From: Pelagomonas calceolata
Taxonomy: Eukaryota
Reading direction: 5' to 3'
Assembly (NCBI GenBank): GCA_918797485.1
Contig: CAKKNE010000001.1
Span: 6,138,001 to 6,202,000, forward strand
DNA length: 64,000 nucleotides
The notes below the pieces were generated by a model. The model had not been told where the DNA came from, ran no database searches, and saw only the letters and a program-made list of their open reading frames with translations. The stretch's first letter is position 1. Every line of letters starts with the position of its first letter. Below, piece after piece: positions 31,349-42,000 of this stretch. Both the position numbers and the translations under genes were made by a program.

Positions 31349-33484
31349 ATGGGCGTCGGCACGCGCAAGCCCTGGGAGAAGTTCGACATTAACTACGAAC
31401 GCTTCGAGGCCGTCGACGAAGATGAAGCGGAGCCGTCGGGCGGCGAGGCGGCTTTAAGCTGGCACCAGACGGCGGCCGCGGCCTACGTCAGCGTAAAGCT
31501 GCCGGCGCCGGCGAAGATGAATGACATAGAGGTGGGCTTCGAGGCGACGAAACTTACTGTAAGAGCGAACGGCGCGACCGTGGCGCTCCAGCACCCTTCT
31601 ACGAAAAGTGAGGGCGGCGCCTGGACGCTCGAGGGCGCCGACCGCATCAATATTAAGCTGGATAAGCGTGATGAAGGGCCCTGGGACGACGACACCTTCG
31701 GCGCCGTGGCGAAGCTCCCTGCCCCGTCGAAGCAGGCGCAAAAGCTCGAGCAGGTGGCGACATCGCTCGCGCAGATCGCGTGCACGGGATGTGGCGTACT
31801 CACAAAGCCGCGATGTCGGGTGGTCTGCGTGTGCAGCGAGGTGGTGTTCTGCTCGGAAAAGTGCTCCCGGGAGTGCAAGCTCCACGTAGATTGCTATGGC
31901 CCTACTTTCAAGAAGGACGACAAGGACGAAAAGGAGGCCGGCCGCGCGGCGATGGAGCTCGCGGCGCACCCGCGGGCGCCGCGCATGCCGTCGTGTACTG
32001 ACTACGCGCGGGCCGAGCCGAATTTGTTAAGGCGGCACGTCTTCGACAAGCTCAAGGCGGGCGCGCCGGGCGGGCCGCGCTGGCGCCTCGCGAATGATTT
32101 GGAGGAGCTCGAGGCCTGCGCCAAGGCGGGGAACACCGCCGCGGCCTTCCGCGCGGCGACGGTTTTGCTCCAGACGCAGTCGCAGTCTACAAACGAGACG
32201 CGGGCGCTCGAGTACCTCCGCCAGGCCGCGGACGGCGGCTGCGCGCCGGCCATGGCTCCCTTGGGTTTGAGACTGTGCGCCAAGGCCGAGACGTTGAGGG
32301 AGGGCGAGGCCTGGCTCTGGCGCGGCGCGCGCCTGGGCTGCGGCGTCGCGCGGCGCGCGCTCCACGACCGCTGCGCGCTGACGAAGGACTGCCGGCGCCT
32401 GCACGACGTGGCCTGCGAGACGTTGCGACGGTGCCCGGAGCCGGACCCGACGGCGGAGGGCATGCGCACGGCCGTCGTCGACGCGCCGGACCTGGGCTCC
32501 CTGATCCTCGCGCTGCGAGGCTGCCTGCCACAAACGTTGGAACTCACGGCGCTCGTCGGCAAGAAGAAGTGCCGCGCCGCCTGCGCCGGCGCCGTCGAGG
32601 CGTTATCGGCGCTCCACGACCGCGCCGCGGCGGACGCGAAAGTCCGATTGGTCGTCGCCTACGGCCGCGCGCGCACGGAGGCGGAAGAGTTGAAGGCCGA
32701 CAAAAACACGCAGAAGCGTTCGACGAGGAACCGCGCCTTCCTGCGGCCCGTGGTCCGCCCCGGCTTCGCCGACGCCTTCGCTTTTCCAAAAGAGGCCAGG
32801 CAGGCCGCGAGGGACAACGCCTACAAGAAGCAGCCGACGTTCCGCGTCTGCTGCCGCCACGAGCGCAAGACCCCCCAAAGCTTTTGTGAGGCTTGCTTCG
32901 ACGATGCGTGCCGCCGGTTGGACGTCGTCGCCCGCCGGGCTTATGTGTTGAGCGAGAGTGGGGGAGTGGGTGGTAGACACGCGGCCGTCTACGACAACGG
33001 CGGCACTTTGATGGAGGAGCCCTTCGGGGCCTACGGTCTGGGCGACGTCGACACGGCGTTGGCGACGCTCGCGGCCGCCGACGGCGGCACGGAAGGGACG
33101 CGGTTCCCCGGCCGGGACGACGCCCAGTTCGAGGGCGCGACGTTCGTCTCGAACCGGGCCTTCCTCTCACCTTTTTTCATCGCGTCGGACCCGAACCTGC
33201 TCTGGCCAACTTTATATTATTACGGGTCGCTCGCGAACGCGCTGTCGCGCGTCGGCGTGGACCCCGCGAAGACGCCGCCGCCGCCGCCCACATTACTCGC
33301 GCCGTCGGTCAAGGACGGCGACGCGTCCATCCTCGCCTGCGGCCACGACGCCTGCCGCAAGGTCGCGGCTCGCACCGCGATGATGCGCTGCTCGCGGTGC
33401 AAGGGCCGGGCCTACTGCTCCGCTTCTTGCCAGAAAGCCGACTGGAAGATCCATAGGAACGAGTGCGTCGAGTGTAAGAAATAG
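31349..33484 (+). CDS. Protein with a CS (p23-like) domain, MYND fingers and Sel1-like repeats
   Basis: LSWHQT...YVSVKLP...IEVGFEATKLTV; CTGC...CSEVVFCSEKC; ALEYLRQAADGG; C-terminal CSRCKGRAYCSASCQKADWKIHRNEC. Confidence 0.8.
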   Translation: MGVGTRKPWEKFDINYERFEAVDEDEAEPSGGEAALSWHQTAAAAYVSVKLPAPAKMNDIEVGFEATKLTVRANGATVALQHPSTKSEGGAWTLEGADRINIKLDKRDEGPWDDDTFGAVAKLPAPSKQAQKLEQVATSLAQIACTGCGVLTKPRCRVVCVCSEVVFCSEKCSRECKLHVDCYGPTFKKDDKDEKEAGRAAMELAAHPRAPRMPSCTDYARAEPNLLRRHVFDKLKAGAPGGPRWRLANDLEELEACAKAGNTAAAFRAATVLLQTQSQSTNETRALEYLRQAADGGCAPAMAPLGLRLCAKAETLREGEAWLWRGARLGCGVARRALHDRCALTKDCRRLHDVACETLRRCPEPDPTAEGMRTAVVDAPDLGSLILALRGCLPQTLELTALVGKKKCRAACAGAVEALSALHDRAAADAKVRLVVAYGRARTEAEELKADKNTQKRSTRNRAFLRPVVRPGFADAFAFPKEARQAARDNAYKKQPTFRVCCRHERKTPQSFCEACFDDACRRLDVVARRAYVLSESGGVGGRHAAVYDNGGTLMEEPFGAYGLGDVDTALATLAAADGGTEGTRFPGRDDAQFEGATFVSNRAFLSPFFIASDPNLLWPTLYYYGSLANALSRVGVDPAKTPPPPPTLLAPSVKDGDASILACGHDACRKVAARTAMMRCSRCKGRAYCSASCQKADWKIHRNECVECKK

Positions 33485-33493
33485 GTACTTACT

Positions 33494-35338
33494 CTACTCG
33501 AGGAGGTAGGCCAGCGACGTCTGCACGACGAGGCCCTCCCCCTGGTTCGTCCGGTCCGGCAGCGGCGGCCGGTCCGGCAGGTGCCGCCGGCGCGGCTTCT
33601 GCGAGCCCATATGTCGGGCTGCGTTCTCGAAGTCGGCCGCGGCGTCGCCGCCGCCCACGGGCGTCTCGTCCCATTCGCGCTGCGTCGGCGCGCGTCGCCG
33701 CTCGCGGTCGTCGCGGCGGCGGCGGCGCGGCGGCGGCGACGCGTCCGAGACCGGCGAGCAGCGGCGCCAGCCGTCGGGCGACCGCGCGTCGCCGCGGCGC
33801 CGCCGCGGCGACGGCCGGCGCGCGGGCGACTCGTGCACGGGCGACAGCGAGCCTAACGGAGACGGCGGCCGCCACGCGGGCTTCGTCGGCTTTTGCCGCC
33901 GCTTCAGTCGCTCCTGGATGAGGCCGTCGAGCCTCCGCAGACTCTTGGCGACGTCGCGCTCCTCGACGGAGATCAGGGCCGTGTCCACCGGCGCTTTCCG
34001 ACGGGGTTTCGGCCGCGACACGGGCAGGTCCGGCGACCGCTCGCAGGGCATCGGCGCCGGCGCCTTCTGCAGCTCGAGCGGTTTTTGATAGACGGACGTC
34101 GCCGCCGTCGACGCCGAGGCGCGCTGGCTCTTCTGGGCCTTCCGCCGGGCCTTTTGCTGGTTCTTGAGCCGCTGCCGCGCGGCGAAGTCCGCCTTGCGCT
34201 TGCGCAGCAACTCCTTCTCGCGCTCGGCGGCGGTCTGGCGGCCGCCGGCGCCCCACCGTTCCTTGGGCGAGGCGGGCTTGGGCTTCTTCTGGCGCGTGCG
34301 CCGCGACGAGGCCGTCGTCGGCGCGCCGGACGAGGGCGTCCGCTGCGGCGGCGTCCGTCCCTTCAGGGCCGCGCGCCGCGCGTAGCCCGTCGTCGGCGTG
34401 TCGAGGCCCTCGCCTCGTTTGGCGTAGACCTTCTTGGGCGGCGTGGACGCCTTGGCCGCGTGGATCGCGCCGTAGCCCCCGACCTTGGGCTGCGGCGGCA
34501 GGGACGCCTTCTGGCGCTCGTTCAGCGACAGGTCCAGCGACGAGAAGAGCGTGGAGGGGGCGTGGTCCAGGCGCTTCGACCACACTTCATTATTCGTCGC
34601 CGGCGCCGGCGCCGCCGCGGCCGCCTGGCCCCGCTCGACGGCCGCGGCGGCCTCCTCCCGCCAGGCCTGGAACAGCATCGTCGACGCGGGCGAGTCGCAG
34701 ATCGAGGCCACGTGCTGCTCGTGGCGCCGCGACAGCGCCTCTTGGGCCTGCCTGCCTCTATCTATCCTTCTTTGGAGGCGCGCGGCGGCCGCGTCGGCGA
34801 CGGCCGACCAGGGCTGCGTGCCGTCGAGGCCCGGCGCCGCGAGGTCGCCGCAGGACGAACGGGTGGTGGGGCACGCGCCCATCGGCGGCGCCGTCCGCGC
34901 AACTGAATCGGCGTCCTGGGCCCGCCGCGCGTTCTTCCGCGCGAGCGCGCGCGCGGCGGCCGTCGCCGCCGCCAACGCGTCCGTGCGCCGCGCGGCCTCG
35001 CGCTCGCGCGCCTGCACGGCGCGCCGCTTCGACGCCTCCTTGCGCCGCTCCTCGACCTCGTACTGCGTCGGCTCGCGCGGCGTCCGCTTCGGCTTTTGTC
35101 GCTTCCGGAGCTGGCTCCGCAAATATTTCACGTACTCGAGCTTCTTGTGCTTGCGCTCGGCGTATTCATTTTGGGCGCGTTCGGTCTCGGCCGCCTGGCG
35201 CTTCTCGTTGCTCTGCGCGCGCAGCTTGCGCCGCCGCGCGGCGTCCTTGCGGATCTGCTTCTCGCGCTGCCACTGGAGAGCTCGGTCCTGCTCGTAGTGC
35301 GCCGCGTCCGCCGTCGGGGCGCTCCGGGCGTACGGCAT
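33494..35338 (-). CDS. Basic, coiled-coil/low-complexity hypothetical protein
   Basis: Long ORF from ATG 35338 (MPYARS) with charged helical segments. Confidence 0.6.
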   Translation of the reverse strand: MPYARSAPTADAAHYEQDRALQWQREKQIRKDAARRRKLRAQSNEKRQAAETERAQNEYAERKHKKLEYVKYLRSQLRKRQKPKRTPREPTQYEVEERRKEASKRRAVQAREREAARRTDALAAATAAARALARKNARRAQDADSVARTAPPMGACPTTRSSCGDLAAPGLDGTQPWSAVADAAAARLQRRIDRGRQAQEALSRRHEQHVASICDSPASTMLFQAWREEAAAAVERGQAAAAAPAPATNNEVWSKRLDHAPSTLFSSLDLSLNERQKASLPPQPKVGGYGAIHAAKASTPPKKVYAKRGEGLDTPTTGYARRAALKGRTPPQRTPSSGAPTTASSRRTRQKKPKPASPKERWGAGGRQTAAEREKELLRKRKADFAARQRLKNQQKARRKAQKSQRASASTAATSVYQKPLELQKAPAPMPCERSPDLPVSRPKPRRKAPVDTALISVEERDVAKSLRRLDGLIQERLKRRQKPTKPAWRPPSPLGSLSPVHESPARRPSPRRRRGDARSPDGWRRCSPVSDASPPPRRRRRDDRERRRAPTQREWDETPVGGGDAAADFENAARHMGSQKPRRRHLPDRPPLPDRTNQGEGLVVQTSLAYLLE

Positions 35339-35838
35339 TGCTGTGTCGGTTGCTGGGTGCGTGCGGCGCGCGACCGGCGCTGTCGTTGCTGGTGGCGTGC
35401 GGCGCCCCACCGCCGGGTCGCTTCCCGGCTCGGTTTCGCGCTTGGTCGGCCGGTGGCCGGCGTGTGGGCAGCCCCGTTTGTTTGCCAGCAAAAGTTGCCA
35501 AAACGGATGAAGCCTGGGGCCCGAGCCAACTTCCGCTTTTAGACAGCAAGGGAGGCGTCTGAGGACCTTCTCGGAGAGTTATGTAGAGTGGATGGGGCGC
35601 GTCTGTGGACGGCAATCAATTCGGGTTTCAAACCCAAGCAATCGCGGCGCGCGCGCGTGCTCGAACTGCGCGCAGACTTTGACGCTAGCAGCAACACGGC
35701 AGTAATCATTGGTCGCAGCGCTGCTCGCTCGGATCGCTTTTCCGTTTCAGCACGGTCCCGAAACCCCCAGCCACCAGGCGACGCGGACTCTGCCGCGTCG
35801 CGCGCGGACCTTAGAACTGACAGAGAACTGACAGATCA

Positions 35839-37602
35839 ATGGCCGCCAAGCGCCGCCTCCGCTTCAGCAGCGTCGCGGGCCCGTCGCCGAAGCGCGGCCG
35901 TGCCGCGCGCGGCGACGACGACGAGGAGGAGGAGCAGCCGCCGCAGGAGCCCGACGAGAGCGAGGAGGAGGCGCCGCCGGCGCCACCGCCGCGCCCGCGC
36001 CGGTCGACGCGCGGCCGGTCGCCGCCGCCGGGCCCGACGGGCACTCAGCCGCGCCGCCGGTCGGCGCCGTCGGCCGCCGCGCGCGCCGCCGCGGCCGCGG
36101 AGCACGAGGCGGTGATCGCTGCCGCCAACGCGCCCACGGTCGAGCGCCCGCGCCGCGCCGCGCCCGCCCCCGCGCCCGCGCCGGCACCGGCGCGCCGCCG
36201 ATCCGCGCGGGCTCCCGCTCCGGCGCCGGCGCCTGCCGCCGCGCCCGCCGCGCCGCCGGGCCACCAGGTGCGCCGCGCCGTCGACGCCGCGAAAGCAGCC
36301 TTCGCGGCCGCCAAGGCCTACGTCCTGAGCGCCGGCGGCGCGCCGAACCGCGGCCGGCGCGTGACGACAACGATCCCCTTCGCCTACGTCCTCGCCGGCG
36401 TCGCGGTCCTCGCCTTCGGCGGCGCCTTCACGCTGCAGGCGCGGCGCCACGCGCCACCGCGGGCGCTCGACGCGTCCGTGCTGCGGCACGCGCGCGCGAG
36501 CCGCGCCGCGACGCTGCTCGGCAGCGCGCGGCGCCGCGCCGAGGCCCTCGCTTCGAAACGGAGCGCGCTCGCGGCGGCGAAGCGCGACCTCCAGCAGGCG
36601 ACCTTCGCGGCCTCGGAAACGCGGACCAAGGCCGACGCCCACGCCCAGGGCTGGGCGCGCTTCGTCGCCGTGAAGGAGCGCGCGGCCGCGGCCAAAGCGG
36701 CGGCCGAGGCCGCGGCGGCCGGCGCGGCCGCGGCGGCAACCGCGGCCACGGGCGCGCGCGAGGCCGTGGCCGCGGCCTTCCAGCGCGCCCAGGACGCCGT
36801 CAAGCCGCGGCGCGGCGGCGAAGTTATTACCGCCGAGGCCGCCGCGGCGCGGGCCGCCGCGGCGAACGACAAGATCGAGGCGGCCATGGACTCGGGCGTC
36901 TTCTCGTCGAGCGAGCGGGCGGCGAAGAAGGCTCTGGCGGCGGCGGCGGCGCTGACGGAGGCCGTCGACGCGCGCCGGGCCTACGAGCCGCAGGTGTCGG
37001 ATGACGTGCGAAACGCGCTGCACGCGGCGGCGGAACGGGCGGCTTCAGATGACTTAAGAGCCGTCGACGTCGCGCGGAAGCACGTCGAGGCCGCGGCGCG
37101 GGCGCGGGCGGGCGCGTACGACTACGCGTCGAGCCGCGCGGGCGGCGTGGTCGTGAACGCGACGGCGCCGCCGACGCTCAAGAGCAAAGTGCGGGGGTTC
37201 CTGAAGCTCGAGCCCGGGCCCTCGATGGTCATCTCGTCGCGAGCTGTTAACGCGGCGCGGTGCTGGGGCTTTGCCGGGGATCAAGGGAGGGTGCTCATCC
37301 GGCTCAGCCGGCCGGCCCAGCCGGAATACTTCGTGCTGGAGCACGCGCCGAAAGCCCACGGTCCGAGGCGCCTCGAGGCGGCGGCGCCGCGCGAGTTCTC
37401 GGTGACCGGCTTCGCGGTGGACGGGTCCGCGACGTACGACCTGGGCGCCTTCGCCTACGACGCCGACGGGCCGGCGGCCCAGCGCTTCCCGGCCAAATTT
37501 CTCCCGCGGCGGCCCCGGCCCGTGGTCGCCGCGGTCGAGGTGTCCGTCGCGAGCAACCAGGGCGCGGCGGCGACGAAGCTTTGTCGCTTCCGGGTGCACT
37601 GA
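35839..37602 (+). CDS. SUN-domain (Sad1/UNC-84) nuclear envelope protein
   Basis: Basic N-terminus, one TM and a coiled coil, then YDYASSRAGGVVV, CWGFAGDQG, LEH, APREFSV, LGAFAYD and SNQG...TKLCRFRVH. Confidence 0.85.
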   Translation: MAAKRRLRFSSVAGPSPKRGRAARGDDDEEEEQPPQEPDESEEEAPPAPPPRPRRSTRGRSPPPGPTGTQPRRRSAPSAAARAAAAAEHEAVIAAANAPTVERPRRAAPAPAPAPAPARRRSARAPAPAPAPAAAPAAPPGHQVRRAVDAAKAAFAAAKAYVLSAGGAPNRGRRVTTTIPFAYVLAGVAVLAFGGAFTLQARRHAPPRALDASVLRHARASRAATLLGSARRRAEALASKRSALAAAKRDLQQATFAASETRTKADAHAQGWARFVAVKERAAAAKAAAEAAAAGAAAAATAATGAREAVAAAFQRAQDAVKPRRGGEVITAEAAAARAAAANDKIEAAMDSGVFSSSERAAKKALAAAAALTEAVDARRAYEPQVSDDVRNALHAAAERAASDDLRAVDVARKHVEAAARARAGAYDYASSRAGGVVVNATAPPTLKSKVRGFLKLEPGPSMVISSRAVNAARCWGFAGDQGRVLIRLSRPAQPEYFVLEHAPKAHGPRRLEAAAPREFSVTGFAVDGSATYDLGAFAYDADGPAAQRFPAKFLPRRPRPVVAAVEVSVASNQGAAATKLCRFRVH

Positions 37603-37644
37603 GTATAACTTGATTAGAACTTAGCTAGAGCCGTCTCGAGCTAG

Positions 37645-38583
37645 CTACCCCCGGGAAAAGGTCCTCGGCTGCAAAATTTCCTGGGCGCGGAGCACGTCTC
37701 GCGCGTTTCGCAGGGCTTTCTCTATCCCCGCTGCCGTCGGGTGCGCGCCCCCGAGTACACGCTGCGCGGTCCGTGCTGTCTCCTCGAGCGTCGTCACGGC
37801 CTCGCGGCGCTCGTCGAGCGTGGCGCCTCGCTTCTTGTAGAGCGCACACGCATAAATCCACTTCATCCTGAGCGTGAGTTCATGATTTTTCCCCAAAACG
37901 CGTCGTGTCACGGGTATCGCTTTGCGCGACAGTGATCTTGCTTCTTCGAAGCGCCCTAGTTCACTAAAGCTATTCGCGTAGTTGTAGGCCGAGGCTAGGC
38001 TCGACTCACCATCCTCGCCCGAGAGCCTGCAATGTCTGGAGTATACGTCTCCCAGTATGCGGTTGGTCTCTTCAAGCCGTCCAAGTTGGTGATACGAGTT
38101 CGCAAGACTGCCCAGCGCGACGAGCATGCTTTCTTCTGGCGCGCCAATGCGCCGCCGCGTAGCCAAACTGGCCTCTCTCACGGACAACGCGTCCTCGTAT
38201 TGCTTTGCCGCGGATAAAGCGCTCCCAAGCACGCCCATCGCAAAGAGCAGAATCTCGTCCGTCTCCGGCCGGCCCAGGTACGTCTTCCAGCACGCCCACC
38301 CGAGCGCGCATTTCACGCCGCCGTGGTACGTCTGCTCACACAGGCTACATTCTTGCCACCGACGAAACCTCTCATTCTTCGCCTTGATGTCCAAGTTGTT
38401 CTCCTCGGCCTCGTCGCACAAAATCTTTGCCTGCTCCGCCAGACACGAAACGTGCACAAAGCCCGCCGTCCCACGGCACGCACACCCGCGCACGAGGCCC
38501 TCCTTTGTTTTCCAATGGAGAGCTTGCGTGCAGATGTAGCACGTCTGGCCCTTCGTGTCCTCGGCGCACGCCTCGACCGTCAT
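37645..38583 (-). CDS. RINGv + kinesin-light-chain-type TPR protein, probably 5'-truncated
   Basis: CYIC...CACRGTAGFVHVSCL...WQECSLC followed by TPR repeats (RRVLGKNHELTL, RVLGGAHP). There is no upstream intergenic space. Confidence 0.7.
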   Translation of the reverse strand: MTVEACAEDTKGQTCYICTQALHWKTKEGLVRGCACRGTAGFVHVSCLAEQAKILCDEAEENNLDIKAKNERFRRWQECSLCEQTYHGGVKCALGWACWKTYLGRPETDEILLFAMGVLGSALSAAKQYEDALSVREASLATRRRIGAPEESMLVALGSLANSYHQLGRLEETNRILGDVYSRHCRLSGEDGESSLASAYNYANSFSELGRFEEARSLSRKAIPVTRRVLGKNHELTLRMKWIYACALYKKRGATLDERREAVTTLEETARTAQRVLGGAHPTAAGIEKALRNARDVLRAQEILQPRTFSRG

Positions 38584-38947
38584 AGCAGCCAACAACTACG
38601 CTGCATTGCTAGCGAAACTAGATCGCTTCAAAGAAACCAAGAAACTGCTGCGCAAAAATATTCCCGTGGCGCGACGCGTTCTCGGAGAGACTTGTCAACT
38701 TACGCTTTCGATGAGGTGGCTTTACTCGATGGCTCTCCACGAGGACCCCACGGCCACGCTCGACGATCTCCGCGAGGCCGTGACGACGCTCGAGTCCGTC
38801 GCAAAGTCGTATAAGCGCGTCCTTGGCGAATCGCATCCCGAGACGCCGAAGGTCCACAGCGTGCTGGAAATTGCACGTAACAAGCTCGCCCGCGCCTCCG
38901 AGTCGCCGGAGTCTTCGGCAGAACCGTCGCGCCACCGGGGCTCGTAA
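38576..38947 (+). pseudogene. 3' fragment of a paralogous TPR gene fused head-to-head with the previous gene
   Basis: AANNYA...IPVARRVLGE...ATLDDLREAVTTLE...RVLGESHP parallels the C-terminus of 37645-38583. It has no start codon or promoter. Confidence 0.7.
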
Positions 38948-39014
38948 AAGTCACATAGCTAGCACCTTAAACGGGTGCCCTCACCATGCGAAGCGAATAA
39001 CACACACAAACTTA

Positions 39015-42000
39015 CTAAGCCGAAGCATCGGGCGACGACTGGTACGCGCTCCGCCAGTCGGACACGCCGTACATGAGCGACAGGTTGATGCGGTAGGCGT
39101 CATACGATCGCTCAAAATAAAAGGGCAGCGTCTCGTGCACGAGCGCCGACCGGAAGACGACGCACCGATTCTGGCGGTGGTCCACGTCCACGCGGTCCGC
39201 ATGCTCGACGTGCTTGCGCACGGCCCTGAAATCCCGATTCGCTTGCAGAAACGGCATCGTGTCGGGCACCGACGCGTTGTAGATCCTCAATCCACCGCTC
39301 CCCTGCCTAAGATTGTAGCGGTCCGGCGTGAGCCAGCAGTTGACCGTGACGGCGCCCTCGTCGGCGTGGGGCCGTATGCCCATGTCCGCCTCCTGGCCAT
39401 GATACTTGTAGCCCCAGGCCTGCACGAGGCGTTTCGGCCCCACGATGTCCGGTAATTTTGCTCCGAACTCCTCGACGACCTGCAGGAGTAGACCCGAGGC
39501 GATGCCGTCTTCTAGGTACGCTCCGAGGTGGCCCCTTTTGGCGTCGTACCAGACCGTCGACTCCACGAGCTGTTTCCGCAAATGCGTTAACGCGTGGTCC
39601 GACAACGCACCATCAATCACACAAAGGTTAATGCGCTCAAAGTCCGCCGTCGCTTTCGCAGCGGTCTGCTCATCAATAAGCACGGCCTCGCTGTCCATCG
39701 ATCGCGGCATGTACAGGTGCACGCCCCGATCCAAAGTGGCTAACACGGGCAGCACGGCGTCGGACGCGACCTCCCTTAACGACCGCGCGTCCGTCTCGTC
39801 GTCTTGCGAGATAGCGGAGAGGCGCTCTGCTGCGTCGGCGTAAGATGATGCGAGCTCGTCCAGGCTCGTGACGGAACACGGCGCGAGCGCGTCCACGACA
39901 CTCGGCGCGAGCTCGACGCCCGTCGACGCGAGGTGCGCGAACTGCGCGGCCGCGTGCCTCAATTTCCCCGGCGTCGCCTCGAAGTCCGACGGTCGGTCGG
40001 GAATTAAATTGGACAGCTTGAGGCCCGTCGCGCCCATCTGCAGGACGCCGCCCGACCCGTCCTCCATGAACACGAGCGCCGCCGTGTCCGGGACGGCGTA
40101 AGACCACAGAGATCCAGAACAGTTCAGCACGGGCCTCCTCAATTTGAACAGAGCCTCCCAGTGCGTCGCCGCTTGGTCGACGGCGCCCTGAGCCTTCGTG
40201 AGGTACTGCGCGGCGAGCGCCGTGAGCGCGCCGCGCCGATCTAACGTCGTATTCGGCAGCCCGCTCTCGGCGACCGCCGCCGCGACCAACAGAGCCTCGC
40301 GCTCCCGCGTATTCAGTAAAGGCGTGACGTTCTCGCGGTCGATCCTCGTCGCCTCCCCCAATAACAGTGCGAGTAATTGGCGCATCTGGGGGTTGTCGTT
40401 CGACGGGAGCAGCCGCGCCACGCCGCAGGCCGCCGCCCAGTACTCGTCCCTTCTTAACAAAGCCCCGGGGTTCTCATCGTCGGCTTTCTCGCCGTCGACG
40501 CCGACGCAGGCCACGTCTTGAGCTCTCTGGTTAAGATCCCGCGCGGGGCAGACCAGACCAGAGTACAGGTTCGCGTACTGCACTGCCATGCGGTCGAAGG
40601 ACAGGTCCTGGCCTCCGTGCAGCCCGCGGACGCGCGGCGCCGCCTCGGCACCGAGACGTCTTCTCCACTCCGAGTCCTCGGCCACGCGCAGCAGCGCCTC
40701 CGTCAGCCCGGCCACCGACGGCGTATCCACCACGATGCCGTGCGCGTCGCCCCGTCGTAAGTACTCGGAGACGCCGCCCACGCCGAACGTGACCACGGCC
40801 TTCCCTTCGGCCATCGCTTCCACGTTGCACATGCAGAAGGTTTCTTCCAATACGTTCGAGTGCACCACCACGTCCAACGACTCGCGCACGGCCGCTCTCA
40901 CGTCGGACGGCTCGAGCCAGCCCGCGAAATGCATTTCCGTCCCGGGCCCTCTCTCTTCTGAAACGTAGCGCCCGCCCGTCACGCGCAGACCCAATCTATG
41001 AGCTAATCGTTCCAGCGGTTCGCGCAGCGGGCCGTCTCCCAACACAGCGAAGGACACGTCGAGCGGCGTGTGCCGGTAGGCCGCTCCCACCGCCGCCGCG
41101 GCCCTTATAAATAGCCCAGGAGACTTCTGGGGCGCGAGCCGCCCCACGAAGCCGAAGCGCACCCGACTCACATTCGTCTCCTGTCGGAGAATGGGCCCGG
41201 CCTCGAAGCCCGGGGGCACGACCGCCGCTTGTGTCAAGGCGCCGCGCTCCCGCCAGAAGCGGCCCGCGAAGTGCGACGGCACGACCAGCGCCGACGCCGT
41301 GCCGTCGGCGCCCGTCGGCAGCGAGCCCCACCACAGGTTCGACGGCTCGCACAATATATGAGGCACGCCCGCGAGGCGCGCCGCCTCGACCATCGTCCTA
41401 TCATCATGGCGGTGGTTCTCGTGGTTCGTAAAGCTAAATATGTCCGCGCCCTTGACCACGTCGACGAAGGGCTGGATGATGCCTCGGACGTCCTCCGCCA
41501 AATCGTCGAGATGACGCGCGGCCGCCAGGATGCTCGACAGTCGGTTCGTCGTGTTCCCGCGACCCCACTCCCTCACCAAGTGTCCGGGGATCTGCGTGTA
41601 GAACTTGTGCACCGGAACGTCCAACGCTTTTAGTAGTGGTTCGAGCGGCCCGGTCGTCCGGTTCGGCTGCGGGGGTATGGCGAAGGCGAAGTCCAGGGAG
41701 AACGCCCGTCGACCGGACCAGGTTTTAATAAGGGGGAGCCGCCGCGCCTGCTCCAGCGCGAGCATGGACTGGCCGCCCAGCTGCAGCTGGCCCGCGAGTA
41801 CGACGCGGATCGGCCTCTCCCGTCGGTCGAGGCACGCCGCGTGGCTCAGCTCGTCGCCGCGCGGTCGTATGACGCCTTCTACGTCCTTCACCTCGCCCGC
41901 CTCCCGCAAAATAGCGTCGCCCGGCGCCGGCACTAAGTCGTACGTGACGGTCGCGGCGTCCCCAAAGTCGCCGTCGGGCTCGTCCCTATCCCTTAATACA

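Noticed and set aside
21152..36887. Many long Arg/Ala/Pro-rich antisense or alternate-frame ORFs (e.g. 21391-23157, 33489-34583, 35836-37023)
   Set aside because: These are shadow ORFs expected from high GC and GC3 bias, and they overlap better-supported genes.
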